Part shown: in pieces, positions 41,476 through 50,493 of the stretch
Layout of the letters: each line of letters starts with the position of its first letter
Numbering within the stretch: the stretch's first letter is position 1
DNA from: Bacteroidales bacterium
GTDB taxonomy: Bacteria > Bacteroidota > Bacteroidia > Bacteroidales > WRLA01
Direction: 5' to 3'
NCBI GenBank assembly: GCA_963676415.1
Contig: OY781097.1
Span: forward strand, 3,972,965-4,036,964
Length of the DNA: 64,000 nucleotides
Program-made: the position numbers and the translations under genes
Notes under the pieces: generated by a model
What the model was told of the DNA's origin: nothing
What the model saw: the letters and a program-made list of their open reading frames with translations, nothing else
Database searches by the model: none

Positions 41476-42198
41476 TAGCGAGGAGAAACCCCAACACCCC
41501 TTCGCGTCTTAGCGCCTTAGCGAGAAAAAAATCAGCGCTCTTTGTGGTTCAAGCGCCCAAATCACCCACTTCATTGCCACAAACCCGCATGTATCACAAA
41601 TAATCAGGTATTTACAGCCCATGATCTGTATTTTATATACAAAAATCTGCATATTTCGGCAAAGCACATGCAGGTCTCCTGATCGTATATAACTGAGAAT
41701 AAGACAAAATTTTAATCACAGTATTTACTACATATAGATAATTATCCTATATTTGTGATGTCCTAATCGTACAAAAATTGATATATGAAGCGAATTAGAG
41801 GAAATAAAAAGCTAAGACGTGGCGTGATCGGGTTGAAAAAAACTTTTGAACCAGATGGATGAACATTAATTTTATTGGTCAGAGGCAAGGTATAAAGTAT
41901 TGAACGTGTTGGGTAAGTTTTCGGGATTTAGATTCATAAAGAATTTTGAGAAAAAAAAAGGAAAGCCCCTTGAGAATTACACAAGGATTAGCCCGGCAAA
42001 TATCAAGAAAACGCCTGACTTGCCTGATGATTTTAAATATGATAAAACATCAAATAAATAAAAGACGCAATGTCGGTTTATAAAGGTTCTTTGGGGTTAA
42101 TAAACCGACAAAATGTGGGATTATAAATGAGTTAGGGGGCATTTAAACAAAGTTTGTAGCTTTATAGAAAATACAAAAACTAATCGATAAAATTTAAC

Positions 42199-42867
42199 AT
42201 GAAACGATTTAAGGAATTAGAAATAACTTCGAATGAAAAGGAACTTATTGATTTTCTTGATTTATTAAAAAGATCTGAGACAAATAAGTGGAAGTATGAA
42301 AAGAAATTAACCAAAGACTATGCAATAAATATCATGAGTTCTGAAGAAAAAGTTGCATGTTTCAAAGCAAATTCATCAAAATATTATCATGCAATAATCT
42401 GGATGGTAATAAGTGATAGTCGAGGAAAAAACCAATTGAGAGTATCAAATATTGTTTCAAGAGAGATTCCATATCTAGGCAAGGACTTATACAATGAAAT
42501 AGTAACCAACTTTTATAATGATTTTGTATTTAAGTATAAAACAGATTCAATTAAAATCACTCTTACGTCAGATGACATTTCAATCGAGGAAATTGCAAAT
42601 AAAAAAACAGCAGAAAAACTTAAGAGATGGGAATCTTCATGTAATCGTTCAACAGGAAATTCTCACCCATTAGAAAGAGAAAGATGGTTTGATTTTATAA
42701 AAACAGCCGTTGATACTGATTCTGAATTATTAACAGGAGATTTGGAACAATGGTTAACTGAAGAGAAGAATTGGATTATAGAAGAGAATAATGTAACAGA
42801 GAGAATTATCCTTGATTTTGAATATGGAAGGGACTTAGTTAAATATTATGTTGGAAAAAGTTACTAA
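42199..42867 (+). CDS. Hypothetical protein (AT-rich, first gene of a cassette-like pair)
   Basis: 222-aa ORF, motifs 'LRVSNIVS', 'CNRSTGNSHPLERERWFDF'; 20-bp overlap with the PIN gene. Confidence 0.8.
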   Translation: MKRFKELEITSNEKELIDFLDLLKRSETNKWKYEKKLTKDYAINIMSSEEKVACFKANSSKYYHAIIWMVISDSRGKNQLRVSNIVSREIPYLGKDLYNEIVTNFYNDFVFKYKTDSIKITLTSDDISIEEIANKKTAEKLKRWESSCNRSTGNSHPLERERWFDFIKTAVDTDSELLTGDLEQWLTEEKNWIIEENNVTERIILDFEYGRDLVKYYVGKSY

Positions 42868-43558
42868 AAAGCCAATTGGAAAAATAATCTCTCAATCAAA
42901 AAAAGAAAATACTATTTTTCTTTTCTGGGACACTTGTAGCCTCCTTGATATAATTCGACTACCATTTAGAACAAATTCTGACAACAATCTTAAACTCTAT
43001 CAAAAAATAAACGAGTTAATTAAAGCAGACAAAGTTGTTTCAGTGGGTTCAGCTTTGACCATCGCAGAATTGAGTTACAACTTTCCAAGAGTTGAACAGG
43101 AGTACGATAATTATTTAAAAAAATTACAACGAGATTTTGACCTCCATGAAAAATACTTAATCAGATGTAATAGTATTGAAAATCCCATGTTGACTTTTCA
43201 GTTAACAGAAAAAGGATTAAAACAGCAACTTATTAAATTGTTTATTGATATTATTTCAAAAACAACATTTGTATCAGAAAAACAAGATTTTAATAAGTTT
43301 GCTCATTTTCGTGTTTCATATCATATGGCACCTGCTCAAAGAAAAGGAGAATATAAAGACTGTTATATTTGGGCAACTTGTTTAGAATTAGCTCAAGAAC
43401 TTAAAGCGACCAATAACGAAGTAATATTTTTTACACGTAATAAAGATGATTTTTATGATAATGGAGATTTATTTGGTCAAATTAAAAATGATTGTAGCAA
43501 AGCAAAAATAAAAGTGAAATGTGAGATTGGAGAATTATATGGAGAGATGAACAATTAA
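42848..43558 (+). CDS. PIN-domain (putative RNase) protein
   Basis: Acidic PIN motifs 'FWDTCSLLD', 'TIAEL', 'KDCYIW', 'FFTRNKDDF'. Confidence 0.7.
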   Translation: MLEKVTKKPIGKIISQSKKENTIFLFWDTCSLLDIIRLPFRTNSDNNLKLYQKINELIKADKVVSVGSALTIAELSYNFPRVEQEYDNYLKKLQRDFDLHEKYLIRCNSIENPMLTFQLTEKGLKQQLIKLFIDIISKTTFVSEKQDFNKFAHFRVSYHMAPAQRKGEYKDCYIWATCLELAQELKATNNEVIFFTRNKDDFYDNGDLFGQIKNDCSKAKIKVKCEIGELYGEMNN

Positions 43559-43562
43559 AAAC

Positions 43563-43758
43563 GCCCCCTAACATTTTGTATATTGCATAGGGCAGAAAGT
43601 GCGTATTTGAGCATTTTATCTTTTTTCAGCACCGCCGAAGCACAGCTTAGACGGCGTACCTAATTCTTAGGTGTCAAACCTGTGCTTCGACTACTTAGTA
43701 GCCTGACAGGAAAGTGCTTAAAACGCCATACGCAACATACAATTTACTGTTAAAGGAC
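43563..43758 (+). other. attC-like long imperfect palindrome
   Basis: Starts 4 bp after the stop with gcccctaac. Arms tgtatattgcatagggc/gccatacgcaacataca, gcgtatttgagcatttt/aaagtgcttaaaacgc and cgaagcacag/ctgtgcttcg; ends with gttaaaggac. Confidence 0.6.
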
Positions 43759-43842
43759 GTTTTGTCAATACCCATTTTGTGGGGTTTTGTATAGCTGTTT
43801 CTTTTAGCCGGTGCGGTGGGTCAACTTAGTCCGGAATATCCA
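43751..43842. repeat. 92-bp direct repeat, copy 1 (copy 2 at 46127..46218)
   Basis: Ungapped alignment with 6 mismatches in 92 bp. Confidence 0.9.
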
Positions 43843-43992
43843 ACAAAAAATTAATATCCACAGATCGCAAATATTTGCTAATTTTAGCCATAATTAACGG
43901 TTGTTTGGATGAGAATAAAGTTCTTTAGACAGCTTGTCCCGAAATTTTTCGGGTGATTGCTGTTATGGCATTATATTTAAACCAGCAAGATT

Positions 43993-45522
43993 ATGGGAAA
44001 AATAAAATATATTTTAATACTTGTTTTGGGCCTAAGTTTGCTTATCAGTATTATGCAGACCACAGAAACAGCAATAAAGCAGTCTGAGTTTTCGAATATG
44101 AGACACTATGTTTCAATTGATGGTTTATGGCAATGTACAACTGATACAGAATATCAATATCCACACGGAACACTTAAGTACTTTATAAAAATATATGGAG
44201 ATGCTTTTGGAGAAATCACAGCAAGAGGATGTTTCATGTGGGATGACCGTTTTTACGATTATTGGGAATTTGATACTGTTCGATTCATAGAATCTACCAA
44301 TGAACTTTTGCTTATTGATAACGAAGGCGGTAAATATAGAGGGACTATTGATATAAAGAAAGAAGAAATTAGGGGATTTGCTTTCTGGGAACCAGAAAAT
44401 AAAAATGATTCCATTAAACTTAATTTTCAACGGGCAGAAAAAGACGTTGTTAATAAATTGTTTTTTCCTATCACTCCGGGGACTGAAGGAAGTATTGCAT
44501 ATACTTATTATCAACCTGAACAGTATGATAATTATCTAAATATAGGTTCAATATTCAACTATATTACTGACTCAACAAGCTTTTACGATGTAATGGGGAA
44601 AATTATAAAACAAAAATTTGGTCGTTTGGAATCATTATTAATTATTAAAGATCAAAAGCTGATTCTTGAAGAGTATTTTTATGGTTACAACAAAACTCAA
44701 TTACATTACATTAATTCATGTACAAAGAGTATAACTTCTTTGTTATTGGGAATTTTATTAGAACATCATAAAAAACTTAATGTTGATCAATCTATTTTTA
44801 ATTATTTTCCCCAGTACGATACATTACTTAATGCAGAAAAGAAAAAAATCACACTTAGACATGTATTAACTATGACATCTGGAATTGAAGAGGGAGAAGA
44901 TTTCAATGGCGCTAACCCAGAAGAATTTATAAAATATAAACTAAGCCTTCCATTGGAATCAAACCCTGGAGAAAAATTCCAATACAGCAATGAATCCACA
45001 AACCTACTTGGGTGTATAATTTATACCCTCGAGAATAAGCAAGCTGATGAATTTGCGAAAGAAGTACTTTTTAACAAGTTAGGTATTAACAATTTTATTT
45101 GGGATAAAGAAAATGGAATTCTGTCTTGTGCAAGTGGTCTTTATATGTATCCAAGAGATATGGCAAAAATTGGCTTGTTGAGTTTAAATGATGGTTGTTG
45201 GAATGGGGAACAAATAGTCTCGAAAGAATGGATTAAAATTTCAACAAAACCACATGTAACCGAGAGTGAATTCTTTGATTATGGATTCCAATGGTGGCAC
45301 AGATCAAAGCAAAACAAATCGTGGTGGGACAGTCCATTACATGGAAGTAAAAATGAACATGATATGTTTTTAGCACTTGGTTATGGTGGGCAGTATATAA
45401 TGGTAATAAAAGACCTTAATATGGTTATTGTAATAACATCATCTGACAATAATGAAAGTAATGGTTTGGCATTTACTAAAATTCCAATGATAATTGAAGA
45501 AGTAGTTCCATTATTTAAATAA
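43993..45522 (+). CDS. Serine hydrolase, beta-lactamase-related family, with N-terminal extension
   Basis: SxxK 'SCTK', YxN 'YSN', 'LLLGI', 'PRDMAKIG', 'ALGYGGQ'; signal peptide; AT-rich. Confidence 0.85.
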   Translation: MGKIKYILILVLGLSLLISIMQTTETAIKQSEFSNMRHYVSIDGLWQCTTDTEYQYPHGTLKYFIKIYGDAFGEITARGCFMWDDRFYDYWEFDTVRFIESTNELLLIDNEGGKYRGTIDIKKEEIRGFAFWEPENKNDSIKLNFQRAEKDVVNKLFFPITPGTEGSIAYTYYQPEQYDNYLNIGSIFNYITDSTSFYDVMGKIIKQKFGRLESLLIIKDQKLILEEYFYGYNKTQLHYINSCTKSITSLLLGILLEHHKKLNVDQSIFNYFPQYDTLLNAEKKKITLRHVLTMTSGIEEGEDFNGANPEEFIKYKLSLPLESNPGEKFQYSNESTNLLGCIIYTLENKQADEFAKEVLFNKLGINNFIWDKENGILSCASGLYMYPRDMAKIGLLSLNDGCWNGEQIVSKEWIKISTKPHVTESEFFDYGFQWWHRSKQNKSWWDSPLHGSKNEHDMFLALGYGGQYIMVIKDLNMVIVITSSDNNESNGLAFTKIPMIIEEVVPLFK

Positions 45523-45683
45523 TATTACAATTCCCAACAATTAAGCATCGTTTTCCGTCCAAAGCCGATATATCCCGCTAGGCAGGACAGGTAATGCTTT
45601 GTGCCTGTCCCGAGAATCACACGGGACCTGTCCCGGGCCATTCGGGAAAAACCGGCATACATTTATTTTGGGGAATCATTTTC

Positions 45684-46039
45684 GGTTCTACACGGAATTT
45701 CGTGGAAAGAAAAATTACTTTATTTCAAAACAGATTCCTCCAAAGTTTTCTCATACTACGGAAAACTCTGTTGGAATGACGCGTTTTTATGAAGTCAGTA
45801 GGCAAATGCGGCGCACTTCGACTTGGTTCGGCTACGCTCACCACAGGACGCTCAGTGACCGGGCCGCATTTGCCTTAAACACCTAATAAGCAGCGTCATT
45901 CCGACCGTAACAAAGCCAAACGAAGTGATTAAGGCTTTGTGTAGGGAGGAATCTGTTAGGGATCAATAGTTCATTAATAAATATCTGCATATTTTTTTCA
46001 ACCATTATTATTATTACCCACGAAATTCACAGTAGAACC
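45684..46039. mobile_element. 356-bp non-autonomous MITE with ISL3-like ends
   Basis: 22-bp TIRs (19/22 match) starting GGTTCTAC; perfect 8-bp target duplication TCATTTTC at 45676-83 and 46040-47; no transposase. Confidence 0.88.
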
Positions 46040-46126
46040 TCATTTTCTACAGTATATTCCACCAACCACCTTTTGTGAAGTAAAAACAAGCCATTTTCGG
46101 CAGATAGCTTTGCCATGCAATAATTC

Positions 46127-46218
46127 TAAAGGACGTTTTGCCAATACCCATTTTGTGGGGTTATGTATAGCTGTTTCTTTCAGCCGGTGGGGTGGTTCAG
46201 CTTAGTCCGGAATATCCA
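46127..46218. repeat. 92-bp direct repeat, copy 2 (upstream of fabG)
   Basis: Matches 43751..43842. Confidence 0.9.
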
Positions 46219-46312
46219 TCGTAATCCCCACCAAAACCAAAGCCGCAACAAAATTGTTATATTTGTGGCCGAAAAAATTGTCGAAGCAAATTATTAATTA
46301 AAAAATACACGC

Positions 46313-47059
46313 ATGAAATTACTGGAAGGAAAAACAGCTCTGATTACCGGTGCTGCGCGCGGAATCGGTAAAGGCATTGCACTTCGTTTTGCACAGGAAG
46401 GTGCCAATATTGCTTTCACGGACCTGAAACGCGATGAAGTAATGGAAGAAACCGAGAAAGAACTTGCCGCCCTTGGTGTTCAGGCCAAAGGTTTTGCTTC
46501 CGATGCAAGCTCTTTTGAGCAATCCGAACAGCTTATCGCTGATGTTGTTAAAGAGTTTGGCCGCATCGACGTATTGGTCAACAATGCCGGCATCACCCGT
46601 GATAACCTCCTGATGCGCATGAGCGAAATGGATTGGGATCTGGTAATCAAAGTGAACCTCAAGTCGATTTTCAATATGACCAAAGCGATACAGCGCACCA
46701 TGCTCAAGCAACGTTTTGGCAGCATCATCAATATGAGTTCTGTGGTTGGTGTTGGCGGTAATGCCGGACAGGCAAACTACAGTGCTTCCAAAGCCGGCCT
46801 GATTGGTTTTACCAAGAGCATTGCACAGGAAATCGGCTCACGCAATATCCGCGTGAATGCCATTGCCCCGGGTTTCATCGAAACGGAAATGACGGCAAAA
46901 CTCACGGACGAACAGCGCGATGCATGGATCCAGGACATTCCTTTGCGCCGCTCCGGCAAACCCGAAGACGTGGCCAATGTTGCCCTTTTCCTGGCCAGCG
47001 ATTTGAGCAGCTACGTAAGCGGACAGGTGATCAATGTTTGTGGCGGCATGAAAATGTAA
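46313..47059 (+). CDS. fabG: 3-oxoacyl-ACP reductase
   Basis: 'TGAARGIG', 'VNNAGITRDNLLMRM', 'GNAGQANYSASKAG'. Confidence 0.95.
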   Translation: MKLLEGKTALITGAARGIGKGIALRFAQEGANIAFTDLKRDEVMEETEKELAALGVQAKGFASDASSFEQSEQLIADVVKEFGRIDVLVNNAGITRDNLLMRMSEMDWDLVIKVNLKSIFNMTKAIQRTMLKQRFGSIINMSSVVGVGGNAGQANYSASKAGLIGFTKSIAQEIGSRNIRVNAIAPGFIETEMTAKLTDEQRDAWIQDIPLRRSGKPEDVANVALFLASDLSSYVSGQVINVCGGMKM

Positions 47060-47065
47060 TCCAGC

Positions 47066-49156
47066 TTGAACATCCAAACCGAATATCCGGAAATCCTGAT
47101 ACCGGTCGCAATAATCGCAGGGCTGTTGTTTGCAGCAGCCCTGTATTTCCGCGACCGCAAAAATGAATTCGGGCGCTTGCCCCTTTTCGTTATGGCTGCT
47201 TTGCGCTTTCTGGCGGCCTCTACCCTATTCTTTTTGCTGCTCGGGCCGATGATCAGCGGAAACCAAAAAATCATACAAAAACCTCTTCTGCTGTTTTTTA
47301 CTGACAATAGCTCATCCATTGCCCTGCGCTCCGATTCTTCCGAACTCCGGAAAACACAGAAGGAAATCCATCAGATGGCAGCATCTTTTGCCGAAGAATT
47401 TGATACGGCTTTTTTTACTTTCGGAAACAAAGTGAAAAATCAGCCGATAGGCACTTTTAATGAAGAAATTTCTGATTACAGTGAGGTAAACACCTATATC
47501 AAAAACCTTTACCGTGGCCGCATGCCTGCCGGGATAATCCTTGCCGGAGACGGGCGTTTCACCCGTGGCAGCAATCCGCTTTATGCCACTGCCCTGCATC
47601 CTGCCAAAGTTTATACCATCGCATTGGGCGACAGCAGCAGCATACGCGATCTTGTACTCAAAAAAATAAATTACAACAAAAGGGTTTTCCTGAACAATAA
47701 ATTCCCCATTGAAGTTATTGTGCAGGCAGAAGGCATGAAAGGTCAAGAGGCACAATTGCGCATTACCGAAGCCGACAGCCTGCTCCATGAAGAAAATTTT
47801 ATTGTTCCGTCATCGAATTATACTGCCGGAAGGCTGGTTTATCTCAAAGCAAACGAAAAAGGCTTTCGGAAAATCAAGGCAGAGCTGATCCAAAGCGATA
47901 TTGCAGAAATCAGCAAACAAAACAATGCCGCCAATGCATATTTTGAAGTGGTTTCGGAAAAGAAAAAAATCGTTTTGATTTATGATGCCCCGCATCCTGA
48001 TGTTGCGGCTGTGCGAAATGCCCTGAGCAGCGACCTGAACTATCAGTTTACCGCCGGAAATTATAATCAGCTCAAAGACAGCATTTTGGGATGCAACTTA
48101 CTAATTCTGCACCAGCTTCCTGCCCAAGGAAACATTCCGGCAAAACTGGCGCAAAGCATTCTTGATCAGAAAATCCCGACGCTTTACATTCTTGGCGGAC
48201 AATCAGATATTCAGAGTTTCAATCAAATGCAGGCTGTTTGTCAAATCCTTCAAAACAATACAACGAACAGTTTTGACGAAGCCTATCCATTTTTGAACGA
48301 AAGCTTTAGCCTGTTTACACTGGAAGATGGTCTCAGCAAAAAGATGAAGAACTGGCCACCGCTGCGTGTAGCTTTTGGAAATTATCAAACATCAGGCAAC
48401 AGCCAAAGCCTGATAAATCAAAAAATCGGACGTATCCAAACAACACGCCCGCTCATTGCTTTTGGTACATTCAATGATATAAAAACCGGCATTATTGCAG
48501 GAGAAGGCATCTGGAGATGGCGCATCAGCAATTACAAAAACAATGAAACACATCAGGATTTTGATCAGCTGATCCGCAGGATGGTACATTATCTTTCGCT
48601 CAATGAAAATAAGAAAAAGCTGCGCATCGACCTACCGGATGAAATATCGGAAAACGAAGAGCTTACAGGAAGTGCCATTTTGCTCAATGACGCCAATGAA
48701 CCCGTCAACCAGCCTGATTTACAGATCAATCTGCAGGACGACTTAAGCGGAAATTCCTTTGATTTCGTTTTTTCACGCCAGGGCAACAGCTACAAATTGC
48801 GGGCCGGACAAATTCCGGTAGGTTCCTACCGCTGGACAGCCAGCACTCAGTTGGGCAATAAAAGATACACAGAAAACGGCAACATCAATGTCAGTTCCCT
48901 GCAATTGGAACAGCTCAACCTGAAAGCCAACCACCAGCTGATGCAGCAAATTGCACTGAAATACCAAGGGCAGATGTTTTATCCCGACCAAATGCAGGCT
49001 TTGCAAAATGCGATAAGGGAAAATATCCCCGCACAGGAAAACATACGCTACCGCAAAAAAACCGAACCTTTGACCAATTTCTGGTGGATTGCCGCTGTAA
49101 TTGTGCTGTGGCTGGCATCTGAATGGTTTTTACGCAAGCGTTTCGGTTCCTACTAA
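47066..49156 (+). CDS. Membrane-anchored protein with vWA-like region
   Basis: N- and C-terminal TM segments, 'FFTDNSSSI', 'ILAGDG', C-terminal 'EWFLRKRFGSY'; TTG start. Confidence 0.6.
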   Translation: MNIQTEYPEILIPVAIIAGLLFAAALYFRDRKNEFGRLPLFVMAALRFLAASTLFFLLLGPMISGNQKIIQKPLLLFFTDNSSSIALRSDSSELRKTQKEIHQMAASFAEEFDTAFFTFGNKVKNQPIGTFNEEISDYSEVNTYIKNLYRGRMPAGIILAGDGRFTRGSNPLYATALHPAKVYTIALGDSSSIRDLVLKKINYNKRVFLNNKFPIEVIVQAEGMKGQEAQLRITEADSLLHEENFIVPSSNYTAGRLVYLKANEKGFRKIKAELIQSDIAEISKQNNAANAYFEVVSEKKKIVLIYDAPHPDVAAVRNALSSDLNYQFTAGNYNQLKDSILGCNLLILHQLPAQGNIPAKLAQSILDQKIPTLYILGGQSDIQSFNQMQAVCQILQNNTTNSFDEAYPFLNESFSLFTLEDGLSKKMKNWPPLRVAFGNYQTSGNSQSLINQKIGRIQTTRPLIAFGTFNDIKTGIIAGEGIWRWRISNYKNNETHQDFDQLIRRMVHYLSLNENKKKLRIDLPDEISENEELTGSAILLNDANEPVNQPDLQINLQDDLSGNSFDFVFSRQGNSYKLRAGQIPVGSYRWTASTQLGNKRYTENGNINVSSLQLEQLNLKANHQLMQQIALKYQGQMFYPDQMQALQNAIRENIPAQENIRYRKKTEPLTNFWWIAAVIVLWLASEWFLRKRFGSY

Positions 49157-49171
49157 AACACTCAAACGACT

Positions 49172-50437
49172 ATGGTTACAACATTTTTCTGGATTATCAT
49201 CGGAATTTTTTGTTTTGAATTTGTGCTCGAACGCATACTTTCTGCCCTGAACAGCAGCTACCGCAGCAAGCCTGTCCCGAAACTGCTGGAAGGCATTTAT
49301 GACAATGAAAAATACCGTAAATCGCAGCAATACGGCCACGACAAAGACCGCTTTGGCATGCTCTCGTCCGGCATCAGTTTTATAGCCACACTTTGCGTTT
49401 TGGTTTTTGGAGGCTTTGGATGGCTCGATGGTTTTGTGCGCCAATTCAGTGGTAACGAAATCATTGTCAGCCTTTTGTTCTTTGGAATTTTGGGCCTGGC
49501 CGCCGATATCCTCTCCACTCCTTTTGCGCTCTATTCCACTTTTGTGATCGAAGAAAAATACGGTTTCAACCGCACCACACCCAAAACCTTTGTTTTGGAC
49601 AAGCTTAAATCATGGTTGTTGAGCATCATCATTGGCGCGCCGCTTTTTGCACTCATCATCTGGCTGTTTGAAATCAGCGGTGATCTGTTCTGGATCTGGG
49701 CCTGGATTGTGATGTCAGCATTCAGTTTGTTTATGATGCTCTTTTATTCCAATCTGATTGTACCGCTTTTCAACAAACAAAAACCGCTGGAAGAAGGAAA
49801 GCTGCGCGATGCGATTGAATCCTTTGCACAAAAAGCCGGATTTAAGCTCAAAAATATCTACACCATAGATGGCTCCAAACGCAGCACAAAAGCCAATGCC
49901 TATTTCACCGGATTGGGGCCCAAAAAACGAATTGTGCTGTACGATACGCTTATCAATGAGCTGAGTACCGACGAAATTGTGGCTGTCCTGGCCCATGAAG
50001 TCGGGCATTATAAGCACAAGCACACGCTTTTCGGGCTGGTTTCCGGCATCTTGCAAACCGGATTATTGTTGTTTTTGCTTTCGCTCTTCATCCAGAAAGG
50101 TTCGGATATTGCGGCAGCTATTTCAATTGCCATTGCCGGCGGAACGGCAGTGCCCGCATCATTCCATTTGGGCATTCTGGCCTTTGGGATTTTGTACAGC
50201 CCGGTAAGTATGATTCTCGGCTTGGGCGGCAATGTACTTTCGCGTAAATTTGAATATCAGGCCGATGCCTTTGCCGCAAAATACGATTTAGGCGATGCGC
50301 TTATCAATGCATTAAAAACGCTCAGCAAAACCAGTTTGAGCAATCTGGTACCCCATCCGGCCTATGTTTTTGTGTATTTTTCGCATCCTACTTTGTTGCA
50401 GCGGGTTAAAAAAATAGTAATATTACCTAAAGTCTAA
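49172..50437 (+). CDS. M48 family (Ste24-like) zinc metallopeptidase
   Basis: 'DGSKRSTKANAYFTG', 'AHEVGH', 'EYQAD', 'HPTLLQR'. Confidence 0.93.
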   Translation: MVTTFFWIIIGIFCFEFVLERILSALNSSYRSKPVPKLLEGIYDNEKYRKSQQYGHDKDRFGMLSSGISFIATLCVLVFGGFGWLDGFVRQFSGNEIIVSLLFFGILGLAADILSTPFALYSTFVIEEKYGFNRTTPKTFVLDKLKSWLLSIIIGAPLFALIIWLFEISGDLFWIWAWIVMSAFSLFMMLFYSNLIVPLFNKQKPLEEGKLRDAIESFAQKAGFKLKNIYTIDGSKRSTKANAYFTGLGPKKRIVLYDTLINELSTDEIVAVLAHEVGHYKHKHTLFGLVSGILQTGLLLFLLSLFIQKGSDIAAAISIAIAGGTAVPASFHLGILAFGILYSPVSMILGLGGNVLSRKFEYQADAFAAKYDLGDALINALKTLSKTSLSNLVPHPAYVFVYFSHPTLLQRVKKIVILPKV

Positions 50438-50493
50438 TACAATTTCAGGTAATTTTGTATTTATATACAAAACCCAATTAATGATCTTGTAAA

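Noticed and set aside
43993-45522. Calling this gene a beta-lactam resistance gene
   Set aside because: SxxK/YxN motifs are shared by esterases, amidases and peptidases; the sequence alone does not show beta-lactamase activity.
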